From contig OZ316775.1 in NCBI GenBank assembly GCA_973851085.1, positions 3,038,001-3,102,000 of the forward strand: a DNA stretch of 64,000 bases. Direction: 5' to 3'. The stretch is from Ptychomitrium polyphyllum. Lineage: Eukaryota. This document shows, one piece after another, positions 27,101-39,864 of this stretch (the first letter of the stretch is position 1; every line of letters begins with the position of its first letter). The notes beneath the pieces are model-generated. The model did no database searches. It was not told the DNA's origin and worked only from the letters and a program-made list of their open reading frames with translations. Position numbers and translations under genes: made by a program.

Positions 27101-29231
27101 TTTTATTTTAAATATAAACAAACCTTAATATAAAACAACAATGATTTTTATCTTGAATTAAATGTTGAATTTCCACTTACAATTTTTTTGAAAAAGATAC
27201 CATTCTATATTCATAACAAGACATCAGTTTAAATTAGGATTTTTTTAATATTAAAAAATTTAAAATTACATTTCTATCAAATATATTTATGAATCTATTT
27301 ATAAATTATTTAATAGTTTTTTTTTAAAATTTTAAAAATGTTTTAAGTTTTAAATTGGAAATGCCATGGATAATTGGTTAAATTGTAGAAAATTAAAAAA
27401 AAATTATTGGCTTTATTTCATTTTTGATTATCTTAAAGTGATAACCACATGTAAAAGAAAAGTGTCTTTTTAAGGATAGATTTATATGTAGTTAACTCCA
27501 AAAAAGAAATTATATATTTTAAACATGTATTATTAAATTTTTATGGATGGCTAACATGAAATTAAAATTCAAAAAAGTTATAGAGATAATACATAAATTA
27601 TATTAATGCAACTACATTCATTATAATTATTGTAAAAAACTAGAAAAGAATTGCTAAACATACTACCATTCTACTAAAACAAATTGTATGCATTATATTG
27701 GTTTATAACAATAGGTGCATTTTTATGGAATTTACAAACAAAATAGAAGATGGCATGATCTTCCTCTACATATCTTAAGAAATCAAAACAACATTGAAAT
27801 TCAAAGTGGAATAATATCAATGCTTCAAATAGAGATTCAAAATTGCCATAACTAATATCAATTTGCATTGAGGAAATAAAGAGTAGAAATAGCTTTGTAT
27901 TAGCCCTTGACCAATTGCTAATAAAGTACTATAGTGCTTTTATGGAAATATCTCCTACATTGAAAACAAATTGTGATAAAAGAATAATTCATGTAAATGT
28001 TGCATAAATAAGGAAATTTGAAATATTGGCATGGTGGTGGAGACACATAGCATTGTATATAACTAAGTTTCAAATTTGGTTGTAAATAAGTCCCACTTGC
28101 AAATACAAGTTTGCACCTATTTTTAGCAAAGATAAAAAAATTAGCGTAACTCTATAATTCTAATTGAATGCTTATTTGGCACCAAAATTTCTAGCCTTAG
28201 TTTTTAAGAGGAAATTTTTCATTTTTTCATTAGAAATATTATACTATCATTATGCCACACACAAACATACAAAAATCACTTTTAAAAAACAGTAAAATTT
28301 GTATTTAATGTATTAAACATGGATTTCTATGAAGGCCAACCACCCATCATTTTCTAAAGGATTGGAAACTTTTTTGTAAAAAAATAGAGAAGTGATATTC
28401 ATAAGTGCTTTATAAACAAGACCTTCTATTCATCAAAAGTTCACATCAATAGCATCTCTTTCAATACTTCATAAACAAGTTTCTTCATAACTTTCATACA
28501 ATATTAAAAGTAGTGGAACCACTAGAATGTGGAGGACCGGCAGAAGGGGATACTAGACTCCAGAAAGATCTCTAAAATGTACTCCTTGAGTGGATTCCTC
28601 AAATCAAAGGGGAACCAAACCGCCCAGCTGCATTCCAGATGGGTACAGATGGGTGGCACTCATGTAATATACTGGGTCAGCAAGGAAAAAACTTCACCGT
28701 GGCGAGCCATCCAACGAACGCGCTCCAAATGATCCAACGACGCACACCAAAATGATCCAACGTCATCGCCAATTGGACCTCCACAGATTCCATAGATTTG
28801 GATGCCCCACCACATCCATCGGAAGAAAATCATCCAATTTAGCGATCACTCCCACACTCTACCCCCATTCATCCGATAAGAATCATCCATTTTCTGTTCT
28901 ATTATCCACTTTCGCTGGTTTATGAGACCGAGAATTCTCCGCACACATGCTCGCTTACATATCACAAAGCATCCCAAAACATCACAAACCCAAACGTGAT
29001 TGCTCCATCATGGTGCGCATCCCAGGAGACACAACTCGGCGGTGCTGATCCCACCTCCAACAGAGCCGAAAAGGTGCCAAAGGTCGCTCTTTGGCGGTGC
29101 GGTTTGAGGTGGAGTGTTTCAAAGGTGGAGGCTTTGAGCTAGAGGTTTGGTTTCCCGAATGATGGTGGTGCTGAGGTGATGGAGTTGATTGGGTGGGGGT
29201 TCTAGGTTTAGGGGAAATGGACTGGTTGAAC

Positions 29232-30311
29232 GAGCGTAGATCGATTGTTCGTCTTGGAATGATCTGGAGCAGTTACGACGTTACCCAGTTGCAGTTTCTA
29301 GGTGCAAGCTAGAGAAGGACATACCTACACATTCACTTACACACTCACAAGCAGAGAACAATCATCCCGTCTTCTGAAGCACGAGGTGAGCATTCATGTG
29401 CGTTGAACATCCGTTTTCCACTTTGCGATTGATTTTCTCGTCATCCCTTGAATGTCTTTGTGCAACCATTCAACTTCTGCATTTGTCTGGGTTCGTTCGG
29501 GGAGAGCGATTTTGTTTAGGGCTTCCCGTGCATTGAAGGTTGATCCTTGAGGTGCGAACTGAGCCTGTTAGCCTGTAGCGCTTCTAGTGTCTCTAATGCC
29601 TCCAACAGCGGCGAGAGTACTAATTGCTTCGACTTTGGCCAAGGTCCTTCTCGCTACGCCGGTGCCCACGGCGTTAGCGGAAGCACCATCCACTTCGCCA
29701 AGTGTTCCGCCATCTCTTACACCAGGAGCTTCAGCCACAATCCCAGCTGCTGGCTCAAGCCGCGCTCCCGCCGCATCAGAAAATTCCACTACGGGCACTA
29801 GCGTGTCTAGTGCTGGGATTGGCAGCAGGTCGCGATGTGTGCACATCGCGGACCACCCAAATCCGGTGCGATTACGGCTCTCTCTGGGTCACGTGACGCT
29901 GCTGGGGCTCCAATACTGCCCTCTCGCTGCGTTTGCTAATCTCTCCGCTCTATCCTTTCTCTTCTTACCGATTGCTCAGTTTCGATAGTACTCTGGCCTC
30001 CAACCCTGGCGCAGTCGCTGACGTCTTTCACTGGGACCTCCAACCTAGGTCACACTCCAGAGCATCCCGATCTGGAGTTTGGGTTTCGAACATCTCGACT
30101 TTGGCCTTGTAGCTTGTTATGGCCTGCTCGATCCATTGGGTGGTCCTGTAGACTCTGGACAGCTTGGCTGTATTTGTTCAGGATAATTTCTGTGCGTGGT
30201 TGTTTGTGAAGTTGGGGAGTGGATACGTGAGGCAATCCTGTTTTCTACGTTTGGGATTTTCGGCAGCTGAAGAGGTGGTTTGGTGGTTTGTGGTTTTTGG
30301 GATAGAGGGCT
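29232..30311 (+). promoter_or_regulatory. 5' leader of the PPR-CBS gene with predicted 5'UTR intron 29386-30266
   Basis: Donor GAG|GTGAG at 29385/6 and acceptor TTCGGCAG| at 30266. Both sites and their flanks are conserved in the homologous leader at 36384-37012. Confidence 0.7.
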
Positions 30312-33300
30312 ATGACGACGATGGTGGCAGCCGTGGCGCATTCGGGATGGGGGGGAGCAGCTGGGAGTGGCCCAACGTCGACGTACATTTCGCTAGAAGC
30401 AATGTCGACAGCGATGACGGCTTCTCGGATGTGTTCGAGGAGTGTGAGGACGGCGCATGTGAGCAAGCCCCAGTGTGGGCAGTCTGTTCGGCCTCGTGCG
30501 TCGTACTCCATTGGCAGCGGTTTGAGACTGGCCTCAATATGTACTGAATTAGCTGCTTTTGCGTCCGTGGGATATCACGTGGAAGAATCCAATTATTCTC
30601 TTGGTTTTATTAGAAGCGTTTAGGGTCTATGTGAAGTCGGTTGTATGGGAGCTTAGGTTAATGATCGAGAATTGAGAATTGCCCCATAGTGTTGGGTAGG
30701 GTCATCTATAAGGAGAGTAATATGTTCTGAACGATTGTCTTGTTGTGGCAGGTGACTGGGGAGAGGCCGCTCCTGATATGCCTAGCACTTCAAAAAGCCC
30801 GCCCAGCATCTCAAACCCTCCTAGACTTTCAAGCCCCCCTCGAAGTCCAAGGAGGCGACGCAAGCCAGCGAAGGAGGTCAAGCCGTATGAAACGCAGTTG
30901 GAGCTTCTTGCTCAGGTTCAAAGTTTTATCTCCTGATGCACTTGCTTCTATGTTTTTGCCAAAACGATCCAAAGTGCGAATCAGGGTTATTTCGCATTAT
31001 CGTTCTGGAAATTGCCCTAGTGAGATTCAATAGTAATGATGTTGACTTCACATGTTTCGGGTGGTGTGCAGGCGAGAAAGAGGAAAGAGTTAGAGATAAT
31101 GGGGCGTGAGCAGTTTGCAACCGACTCAGTTAGTGGTGATGTCAACCAAGATGAGAAAACATTTCCATTTTGGAGGAAGAAGGAATTCAAGTTGCGAGAG
31201 TTGACGCGGAGGATCATGGAACTAAGCAAGCGACATCAGCTTGATCTCGTAATATTTCTAGCCATTTGGACTGCAAGGTGTCAGCTGAGTTTGCTTGAGG
31301 ATGAGCTTCTTTGAGACCATTTTGAGGCTGTTTTCGGTTGAGATATGTTTGCAGACATGCCTGTTTCAGCAGCAAAGAAGGAGCTCTTCGGGGAAAATGT
31401 CATAGGGCGTTGAATTGTAAGTGTATGTCGTAGGATATGTCTAGTATTCTTTAGACTCTTGTGGGTGACATCACAAATTCTACTTTATACTCCTGTATTC
31501 CAGGTTTTTGAGGAGCTAGAGCAAGCAAAGCAAGAGCATGGCAAGCTGAATCACATTATCATGAATGCAGCCATAATGGCGTGTGTCGTTTGTAAGGATA
31601 TTGACCGTGCTTTAGCACTGTATGACGAAATGGTGAAACCTGATGGTTGTGGCGTTGATAACGTCACATATGGGACTCTTTTGAAAGTAAGGAATCTAAA
31701 TTTGTAGCAGAGACAAGTATCAGAAAGATGCTGAGAATATTTAACTTTTGTGGCGTGTATTTCAAATTGTATGTTATGCAAGATTGATTAGGGAAGGATA
31801 TATCAAAGACAGTAGAAGCTCAATTTGTACAGATTCTTTTGCCGATAAAAGCTATTTGTGAATCATGTCATATATCTTGACTGTTGAAGATGGATCCTCA
31901 CAAGCAGATAACTTACAGGGCTTGGGGGAGGCACGAAGGCTAGACGATGCATTTGACCTTGTAGAGGTTCTGGAGTCAGGAAGAGCCCCAGGAAGACATG
32001 TGGAGCTGACAGATGTTCATCTTCATACATTGGTTAATGCATGTGCCCATGCAGGTCGGTTCCCTGACCCTGCATGTGATGTTCCCGTCAATTGCATCTT
32101 AGATAGGCATATGTAATTTTCAATAGATCAGTTACTTGTCATAGACTGGATTACAATAATATTGTAACATACCTGTGATAACCTAAGGTGTTCTAGATGG
32201 GTAAACATTCTGATCCTCGCGAGGGTAATCTGCGTCATTTTTTCAGGAGATGCACTTCGAGCCAGAGGTGTCCTGCTTCGTTATAGATCTTCAGTGAGGA
32301 AGACAGGCCTCACTACTCTTACATTTAATTTGCTCATTAAGGTACTCCCATACGATGCCTTTTTAGCAACTGATTTTAGAAAGTTAGCAAGATTCTTGTC
32401 TTTTCGTAGTGTATTTGATGTCATTATGATGACTATTTTTTAGTGGCAGTAGCTCTGGCGAATGAGATTTCCTCTTATTTGAAGTTCTACGTCTGCCAAG
32501 ATGATAACTTCTGTGTAAAAAACCGACTTATGTTTGATGTTATCTGGCAGGGTTACTCTCGGTCAGATAATCCACTTGAGGCATTAAAGCTAATGGATGA
32601 GATGCGCTCTCATAATCTGCAGCCACAGCGAGTCACCTTTAACTCCCTTATATTAGCATGTGTGCGTGGTGGTGATCTTAAAAGAGCTATAAATTTACTG
32701 TCAGCCATGAAGGTTTGTATTCATCTTCTAGATTTCATCTTCTCTATCTGTGCTGTGGATGTGGATATCGACTGAGTTGTCGTTAGCCATTGAAATTCTT
32801 GTTGGCTTGCGTTAGAACAGAACCTGGATTCTCATGCAATGAAGCTATTTATCTCCAGGATAGCTATAACACGTCACTTTTTAATTTTAAAGTTAAATTT
32901 GCACAAAGTGATCAAAGAAGATATGATAATTATTTCAGAAATTGGTGGCTTTAGATTTTCTGACTTTATTCTTCCACGAAATTCCTAGCTTTTGGATTCA
33001 TCTATAGTTATATTCCTGAGGCCTATGGTTATTGTCGGAGCAGGAAGAAGCTAAGAGGTTAAACACGTCAAGGCTGCTGCCGGATGTTGTGACTTATACA
33101 ACGCTCTTACGGGTATCAGTTCACTACCTTACTGTAGCCCTTTTAGGTTTATTTGACGTTTGGAAATGACATGTTTCTATCGAGTGCGTACGCAATAATA
33201 TGCACTTTCAGCTGTGTAGTAACATATACAGAACATTTTTCGGTTCTGTAATATGCACCTCAACCACAATACGGTACAGGTTCTTCAAGCTGCGTTGGTG

Positions 33301-35344
33301 ATAGGCTTGTTTACATCTCTGTGTAACTTGAAAATAGTGTGGATATGTATTTGGTGATCGTTACAAACCATCATAGAAGAACTTCTGACAACGAGCTTAT
33401 TAATTTACTTTGGCAGGGGTTAGGAGATGCAAGGGATTTGCCTGGTATATGCGACATGGTGGATGAAATGAAAGTAACTCCAACTTGTGTCCTAGATCGA
33501 GTTGCCTACACTGCTATTGTTGATGCCTGCATTGCAGCTGGATCGCCTCAACGTGAGTTTTTGCATTTATACTTGAATGTTATATGTCTAATGAAATATG
33601 AACGTAGATAAATGTTTGTACAACATAACTTGATGAATAAGTAACATTTCAATTCAAGACTTTTATGCTTATCATCGTTGTTCTTTGTCTACTATTTCTA
33701 GTAGCAAAAATTGGTTTGAACTCTACTTCTAGAAACTATCTTCGCTGTTCTTATACTAAATGCTGAGCATTACAAAGCTGAGGGCTCATAGCTAGCAATG
33801 ACATTTGTGATTTCAGAAGGAGGTATGTACATGGATGAGATGCAAAGTAGTGTAAAGCAAGATGGGCAGTTGAAGCCACGAGCTCATGTGTTCTTATCAC
33901 TGATGAGAGCATTTGCTGAAAGAGGGGACGTTGAATCTGTGGGATCGCTTCGAACACGAATGATAGCGGAAGCGGGAGGTCACGTATGGGCAGAAGACCG
34001 TGCTGAAGCAGATGAGCTTTACATAGAAGCTGCTGTAATTTCTGGCAAGGTAAGCTTTGGTTGGTGGAGCACTGTGGTAATTCTTTGTCTAATCGAACTT
34101 CTTCCCCTTGATTGTCACTCAGTGGCGATAGTTTGGACCACTTCTCACGAGATTTGTATTTGCACTGTGGCTGCAGCTGGGTGAAGCGAAACAGACCTTA
34201 AAGAATATGGTTGGTTTGAAGAAGGGTATTCCTTTGAGCAAGCGTGCTTACATGGTCAGTAGTATGATCTCCTTCCACAGTGCTTTTCATTAATGTATGT
34301 TTATTACGTCCTTTAATTTATGTTATTATCGTGTTGATTGGATTTATAAATGAAACTTTCAGTTTTAGTCTTCAAACTACACCCGCCCAGAATACGGGAA
34401 TTTTCTAACTTTCGTATGTTGAATGTTCCGGAGAGGAGGGAAAAGAGGAAAAGAAACGCTGATGGGGGTGACATTGTTGCCAGGCTGTTGTTCGCTTGCA
34501 GGCCCTAACCAGGTTCAGTGAGGATATATTCAGCCCATACAAACTCAAGCCAGGGGTGAGTATTTTTTGTGCTCCTTATTCACTTCCATGTGTGTGCAGG
34601 ATGTTGTATTGAGGAATGCTACGTCTAGAACTAGATCATTTTAATCAATTTGATATTGGGTCTGCTAATTTATGTTTTCTGAGTCTCTTTAAAGCAATGA
34701 TTCGAAAGTTCTTGACAAGGACTCCTTTCTTGCTCATGACGTGCAGGTATCACAGCATGACGTGGTGGATAACTTGATGATCTCCTTCGAGGAAATTAGA
34801 CCGCTTACAGTAGATGATGAAGTTGGAAAAGTAGTGATGAGATTTTTTCAAAGTGACTGCATTCCTGTTGTTGATGAACGAGGCTCTTGTGTTGGTGTTG
34901 CATATGCAGCAGATTGCAAGGAGGTAATCTGATCTTCTTTCTCATCCCCTTTAGATTTGATTACCCTTCTACATTTTAAGATGACCTGATTGTTGGTTGT
35001 TTCACTTTCGTTTTTGTGAGCATTTATAGAGAATGTTCGCAATGGCAACGCAGATGACAGCTCGTCTGGGAGACATCATGAGAAGACCGCCACCTTCTGT
35101 GACCGCGTCAACTCCAGTGTCCAAGGCTATCACCATGCTCTTGCAGCCCAACATAAAGCTGCTTATGGTTATCAGTGATCGCACGGGATACTCCTTAAAT
35201 AAAGATGAGTTCCAGGGTGAACGAGTGTTGGGCTTCTTGACTCGGGAGGCAACTTTTAGTGCTTCTCATGCTCTGCCTTTCTTACTTGAGGCAGGTGATA
35301 CAATACAAGACTTTGAAGAAGAAGCTTCTGAAGTTAAATCCTGA
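30312..35344 (+). CDS. Pentatricopeptide-repeat protein with C-terminal CBS domains (At5g10690/CBSPPR1-like), ~733 aa; exons 30312-30540, 30752-30915, 31072-31248, 31504-31686, 31919-32054, 32247-32341, 32551-32712, 33044-33112, 33417-33552, 33817-34049, 34177-34254, 34484-34555, 34747-34923, 35054-35344
   Basis: P-type PPR motifs (IIMNAAIMACV..., VTYGTLLKGLG, VTFNSLILACV, VTYTTLLRGLG, VAYTAIVDACI), then CBS-like segments (IPVVDERGSCVG; VLGFLTRE). The S/T/R-rich N-terminus suggests organelle targeting. The 14 GT-AG exons sum to 2202 nt in frame. Confidence 0.92.
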
Positions 35345-36383
35345 GATTCAGCAAGTCTGTTTTTGTTTCTTTTTATCCCCTTGTAACGTCCAACAATTTT
35401 GATAGAAGTATGTTATATTTGAGCCTATGTCACAATAAAAGCTCTGAAATGATACCAAAGACTGAAGATTTCACCAATTTTATGGCATGCATTATAGTCA
35501 ACTGTGACCCCAGGAAAGCGAACACAGTAATCTGTCTGGGTGCTACGAAACGAAGAATATATTGAATGAGCTTCTCAACTATCTCATTGAAGCCTTCCAC
35601 AGTTCCAATATGCGTCACGTATTTCTGATTAAATGACAAAGCACCATCAACCAGGTTGGCTTTGGATTATAATACCTACTCTAATTCTAATTATATTTTT
35701 AGATTGTAGGTCTCTTCGGAGAACAGCAGATTCTTCTCTTCTTTAAAAATGGAATCACTCTAAAGCAGATACTTGTAAACAAACACTTGTAAACGTATCC
35801 TACATCTATACCTCATATGCCCACACATTCTAGACGACTTGCACCAATCTCTTCTCTCCACGCCAAAACGACAATTGACTTGAACTCACTTGACAGCTCA
35901 AAAATTGAGTACAAAACTTTGTGGCAAATTCAGTTTATGTTCAGAAAAAGCCAGAATTAAACTCCAGCAGGTTTCTGTGTGGTCGCAATGGAGGTTTATT
36001 AATGGAGGATTATTGTGTACTTCACTTCAGTGTAATAAGCACCTCAAAAAAAAACCGAATCCAAGCAACAGATGCGAATCGATAGTTTGAACACAAACTT
36101 GCTAAGCAGATGACTAATTTATTTAACTTGTTACTGATCTCAAGACTCTGAGCGAGAGACGAAGGCCAGCCACCAGAATCCACCTCCAGTTCTTCATTGG
36201 GCCACGACTGGCACAAGCAAACTCTCGCCGCCCGCGAATCGGAAATGTCCTCCCTCTTGAACTCACGTAATCTCGGACGGCGACCAACGAACGAACTAGA
36301 GAGAGACTTCCATAAGCCTTCGAGTAAGTGCAGGCTCGCTTGCGCAGTGAAGGATTTGTCAGTTGGATTGCCATTTTTTCTAG

Positions 36384-37012
36384 GAGCTTAGTTCGATTGT
36401 CTTGGAGTAATCTGAAACAGTTACGACATTACCCAGTTGCAGTTTCTAGGTTCAAGCTCGAAAAAAAGACATACAGACTCACTGAAGAATTCCTGCTGGT
36501 TGGTCTTTTAAAGCAAGAGGTGAGCACCGTCCTTATGTAAGTTGAACTCCCATTTCCAGTTTGCGATTGTTTTCTCCTCGTTTCTTGAATATCTCCTTGT
36601 GCAATCATTACGATACATCTACAATTTTCCTTTCAGCCTGTGTGGGTTCGTTCGTAGAGAGCAAGTTAGGGTTGCTCGTGAGCGTAGGGGTGATCACACG
36701 GGGGTTGAATTGTCTCTAGGTCGCAATTTTTCTCGAGTTGAATGTACAGACGTGCAGATGCCGAAGCACAACTCGCGCTTGTATGTATCCCGTTTGGGAA
36801 GGAGTTGGGATGGGAAGGAATTGAGTTATATGAGCGACGAGTTGTATTTTGAGATTGTTGGCGAGAGGCAGGAAAGGTTGAAGTTGATAGGGGTGAGTGA
36901 GGAAGAGTGGGGCGGTGGAAGCTAGGTTGAGGAGGGGTTTGTTGTCTAGCAGAGGTGGAAACTTCGGCAGCTGAAGAGGTTTGGTGGTTTGTGATTTTTG
37001 TGGCAGAGAGCC
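36384..37012 (+). promoter_or_regulatory. 5' leader of the At2g44870-like gene with predicted 5'UTR intron 36520-36970
   Basis: Donor GAG|GTGAG at 36519/20 and acceptor TTCGGCAG| at 36970; homologous to 29232-30311. Confidence 0.7.
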
Positions 37013-38995
37013 ATGACGACGGTGGTGGCAGCCGTGGTGCAAGCGAGTGTGGTGACGGCGCAGCAGAGGGAGGAATTGGTGAAGACGGGATGGGGAGGAG
37101 CAGCTGGGAGTGGCCCAACGTCGACGTGCATTTCGCGTAGTGCGTGGAGAGTCAACAGCTCTAGAAAGCAATTCGTTGGCGTTAGAGTGCGGCGGGTAAC
37201 GAGATGTGAAGCCTCGGGCAGGGGTTTTGATGGTCAGGTTGGGCGGATGGCGGAACAAGCACGTCGGAAAGCTGGCGAGGTTTTTGAGGATGTCAAGCGC
37301 AAGGCGGTGGAGTTTAATGAAAATAATGATGTGCAGGGCAAGGTATGAATGCCTGTTCTAGTTTGGTCCTTCTTCGTAGAAACCATGCAGCTCTTCTGTC
37401 TTCGTTTCACCTTATTCGGTATCAGTCACCGAGTTCCTCAGCCTCAAATTAATGCGAATTATGTCTAGGAATGTGAATTCGCATTTTAGCATCGACTATG
37501 TTGACACTCTTATGTCATGTCTTCTGTCCTCGGAGCGGGATTTAGGGTGACTATAAGGTAGCATGGAATGTGTGTACATTACTTATCTTAGTGTGTATAC
37601 GGAGGTGCCTTTTTTGTATGAAAAATACATTTTGATTGAAACCATTGAGTGGCAAATAGACAACACCAAATGAATGGTGGAGCTGTGTGGAAATCCTTTG
37701 TTTGATTACGGTACTAGTGATGGAATGTTTTCTGCAGTCTGCAAGGTGTTCTAGGTCAGATTCTTTTTTGGAATCATGTGAAACTATTTGTTGCTTTGAA
37801 GATTTAGGATGAGATTGACTGGCTGTTGCAAACTTATGCCACAGGCTCAGCAAGCAGTGAAGACTGCCAGCTTGAAGTTTGAAGAGTTTGCATATGACTT
37901 TAAGAAACAAGTGGGAAAGTGGGACCGGCAGTACCGTGTTACAGAGAAGGCTCAGAAGGCAAAAGATTATGCGACTGAGCAGGCTCAAAATGTGGACAGG
38001 CAGTTTGGGATTCGGCAGAAGGCTCGCAATGCAACTGCAGATTTCCGACTTAAGCTTCCTGCCGTATGTCTAGCACATCCATGCGTCTCAATATTTTGAA
38101 TTATTTCTTTCATCCCTACAATTCTTTTGGCTTTGAATCTAGTGGACAAATTTATATCTGTAAGACGAAAACATCAAACCCCCCCTACTGACGTCTACTG
38201 ATGCACTGAATGTGGACACGGTTGTGATCCACAGTATCGAAGACAAGTTACTACTTTCATGGAGACTCCCTTTGGCAAGACTGTTGTGGTAAGTCGAGAG
38301 CCTGAATCCAGATTTATTTCAATTTTATATTGTTTTTTTTCGGTTTTGATTCTAGAACTAGCACGCTCAGTGCATCAGATTCTTACAGCTTTCATATGAG
38401 CGTATACATTTATTTTCATTGTTCATGTAGATTGTCCGATTTTTTTGTACAGGTTTTTTTCTTGAAGACAGCATCGTTCGATTAATAGTCCTCTGATAAC
38501 CCTTGTGGTGTTATCTGTGCAGTCTCTTCTTCTGTTATGGTTTATTGTATCCGGGTGGGCTTTCCGAATATTCTTCTTCTCGCTTTGGTTTCTGCCCTTT
38601 GCAGGTCCTCTTCTCATAGGAACACTGTCGAAGGCTGCAGTTGTTGAGGTTAGATCCATGCCCTCTTTGTGCATGTTTGAACTCCTCGCTAAAGTAGATT
38701 ACCATGCATTTTGATTTTGCGTAATCTTGAGGTAGGAATACGGTATGAAGCTAATTCATATGTTTGTTGTTTACATCGTTCTGACTGCATTCGGATTCTT
38801 GAATGTTGTGATTGACTTCAGGGGTCTTGTCCTAATTGTGGGACTCGTTACGTGGGGGGTCGAAATCAAGTGGTGATGTGCCAACGGTGCAGGGGTGTGG
38901 TGTGGCAACCACGGCAAGATTTTTCGAAGGGAGGCTTTTCAAAGGAAGACAAGAACGACCCGACTATTATTGATATTAACATCGACAATGATTAG
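37013..38995 (+). CDS. Conserved plant putative plastid membrane protein with Zn-ribbon (At2g44870-like), ~300 aa; exons 37013-37342, 37845-38063, 38235-38288, 38523-38648, 38822-38995
   Basis: Transit-peptide-like N-terminus, amphipathic helical region (DRQYRV...DRQFGIRQK), hydrophobic segment LWFIVSGWAFRIFFFSLWFLPFAGPLLIG, CPNC...CQRC, VWQP and a terminal IID motif. This matches my recollection of the At2g44870 family. Phase-0 GT-AG introns. Confidence 0.85.
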
Positions 38996-39864
38996 GCCCT
39001 TCGAATGCAGTCTTTGGAGATATACTCAATGCCTGCCCTGTATTAAAAATTCTGTATCACATGGTCACAATCACCACTGTCATTACTTGATGACTTTGCA
39101 CTTGGGTAGAATTCATCAAAGCGCTCTTGGAACCCAAGTATGCCCGATCCAGGTTCCCTAGTGATCCAAGTTGCACGGCTAGCAGTACGATAAAAAAGTG
39201 AGAAGTTCCTTTGAGATTTAATTCGAAGATGGAGAGTGCTCTTTTTTTGCCAGGCTTTTATTGGCAACCTACGTTTTCCAGTTTCCAGTTTCTCTGAAGT
39301 TCTCTCCACTATTAAAAGGAAGTGGATTGGAGTAGCGTTGTGTGGCTTGAATACTAGTAGTCAGATTTTCTTGATGCTCTCAAGACGCATATTTTGACTG
39401 TAATTGCAATTTTAATGCAACATTGCAAAGGGGCGATAATTTTCCGTGTATATTAACATTATTGAGAATCAATTTTTTTCAATCTTCTCCTGTTATGGTC
39501 GTATGCCTGTGTTGCTTTCACCATGCTTTAGCCTAATTGAAGTTTGAAAGACACTGTCGTACGATTGCAAGTAGTTATTCACCTTTACAAGACACATGAC
39601 ACATGACACGAATGTCGAAAAAATTGTGAACGATGCGTCCAAAAAATTTGTTATTATACTTTGAGCTTCGCCCAAAGCGGACTGAATCATGTTGAATTGA
39701 ATCCTCAAATCTTTTCTACCTTCGGACTTGACCTCTGTCCAACAACACAGTAACTATTCATCATGGTACCGGAATATTTACACATAATTCTAATTAACAT
39801 CAATGCCTGAAGATTGGCTCTTCCGTGCAAAACCGAGTACTTCCTCTACTCGTATTGATGTCGC

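Noticed and set aside
27650..28110. Possible hAT transposase remnant (AWWWRH-like string); similar hints near 8.8-9.0 kb and 15.0-15.8 kb
   Set aside because: Too degenerate, with no terminal inverted repeats or TSD seen. It cannot be supported without a profile search.
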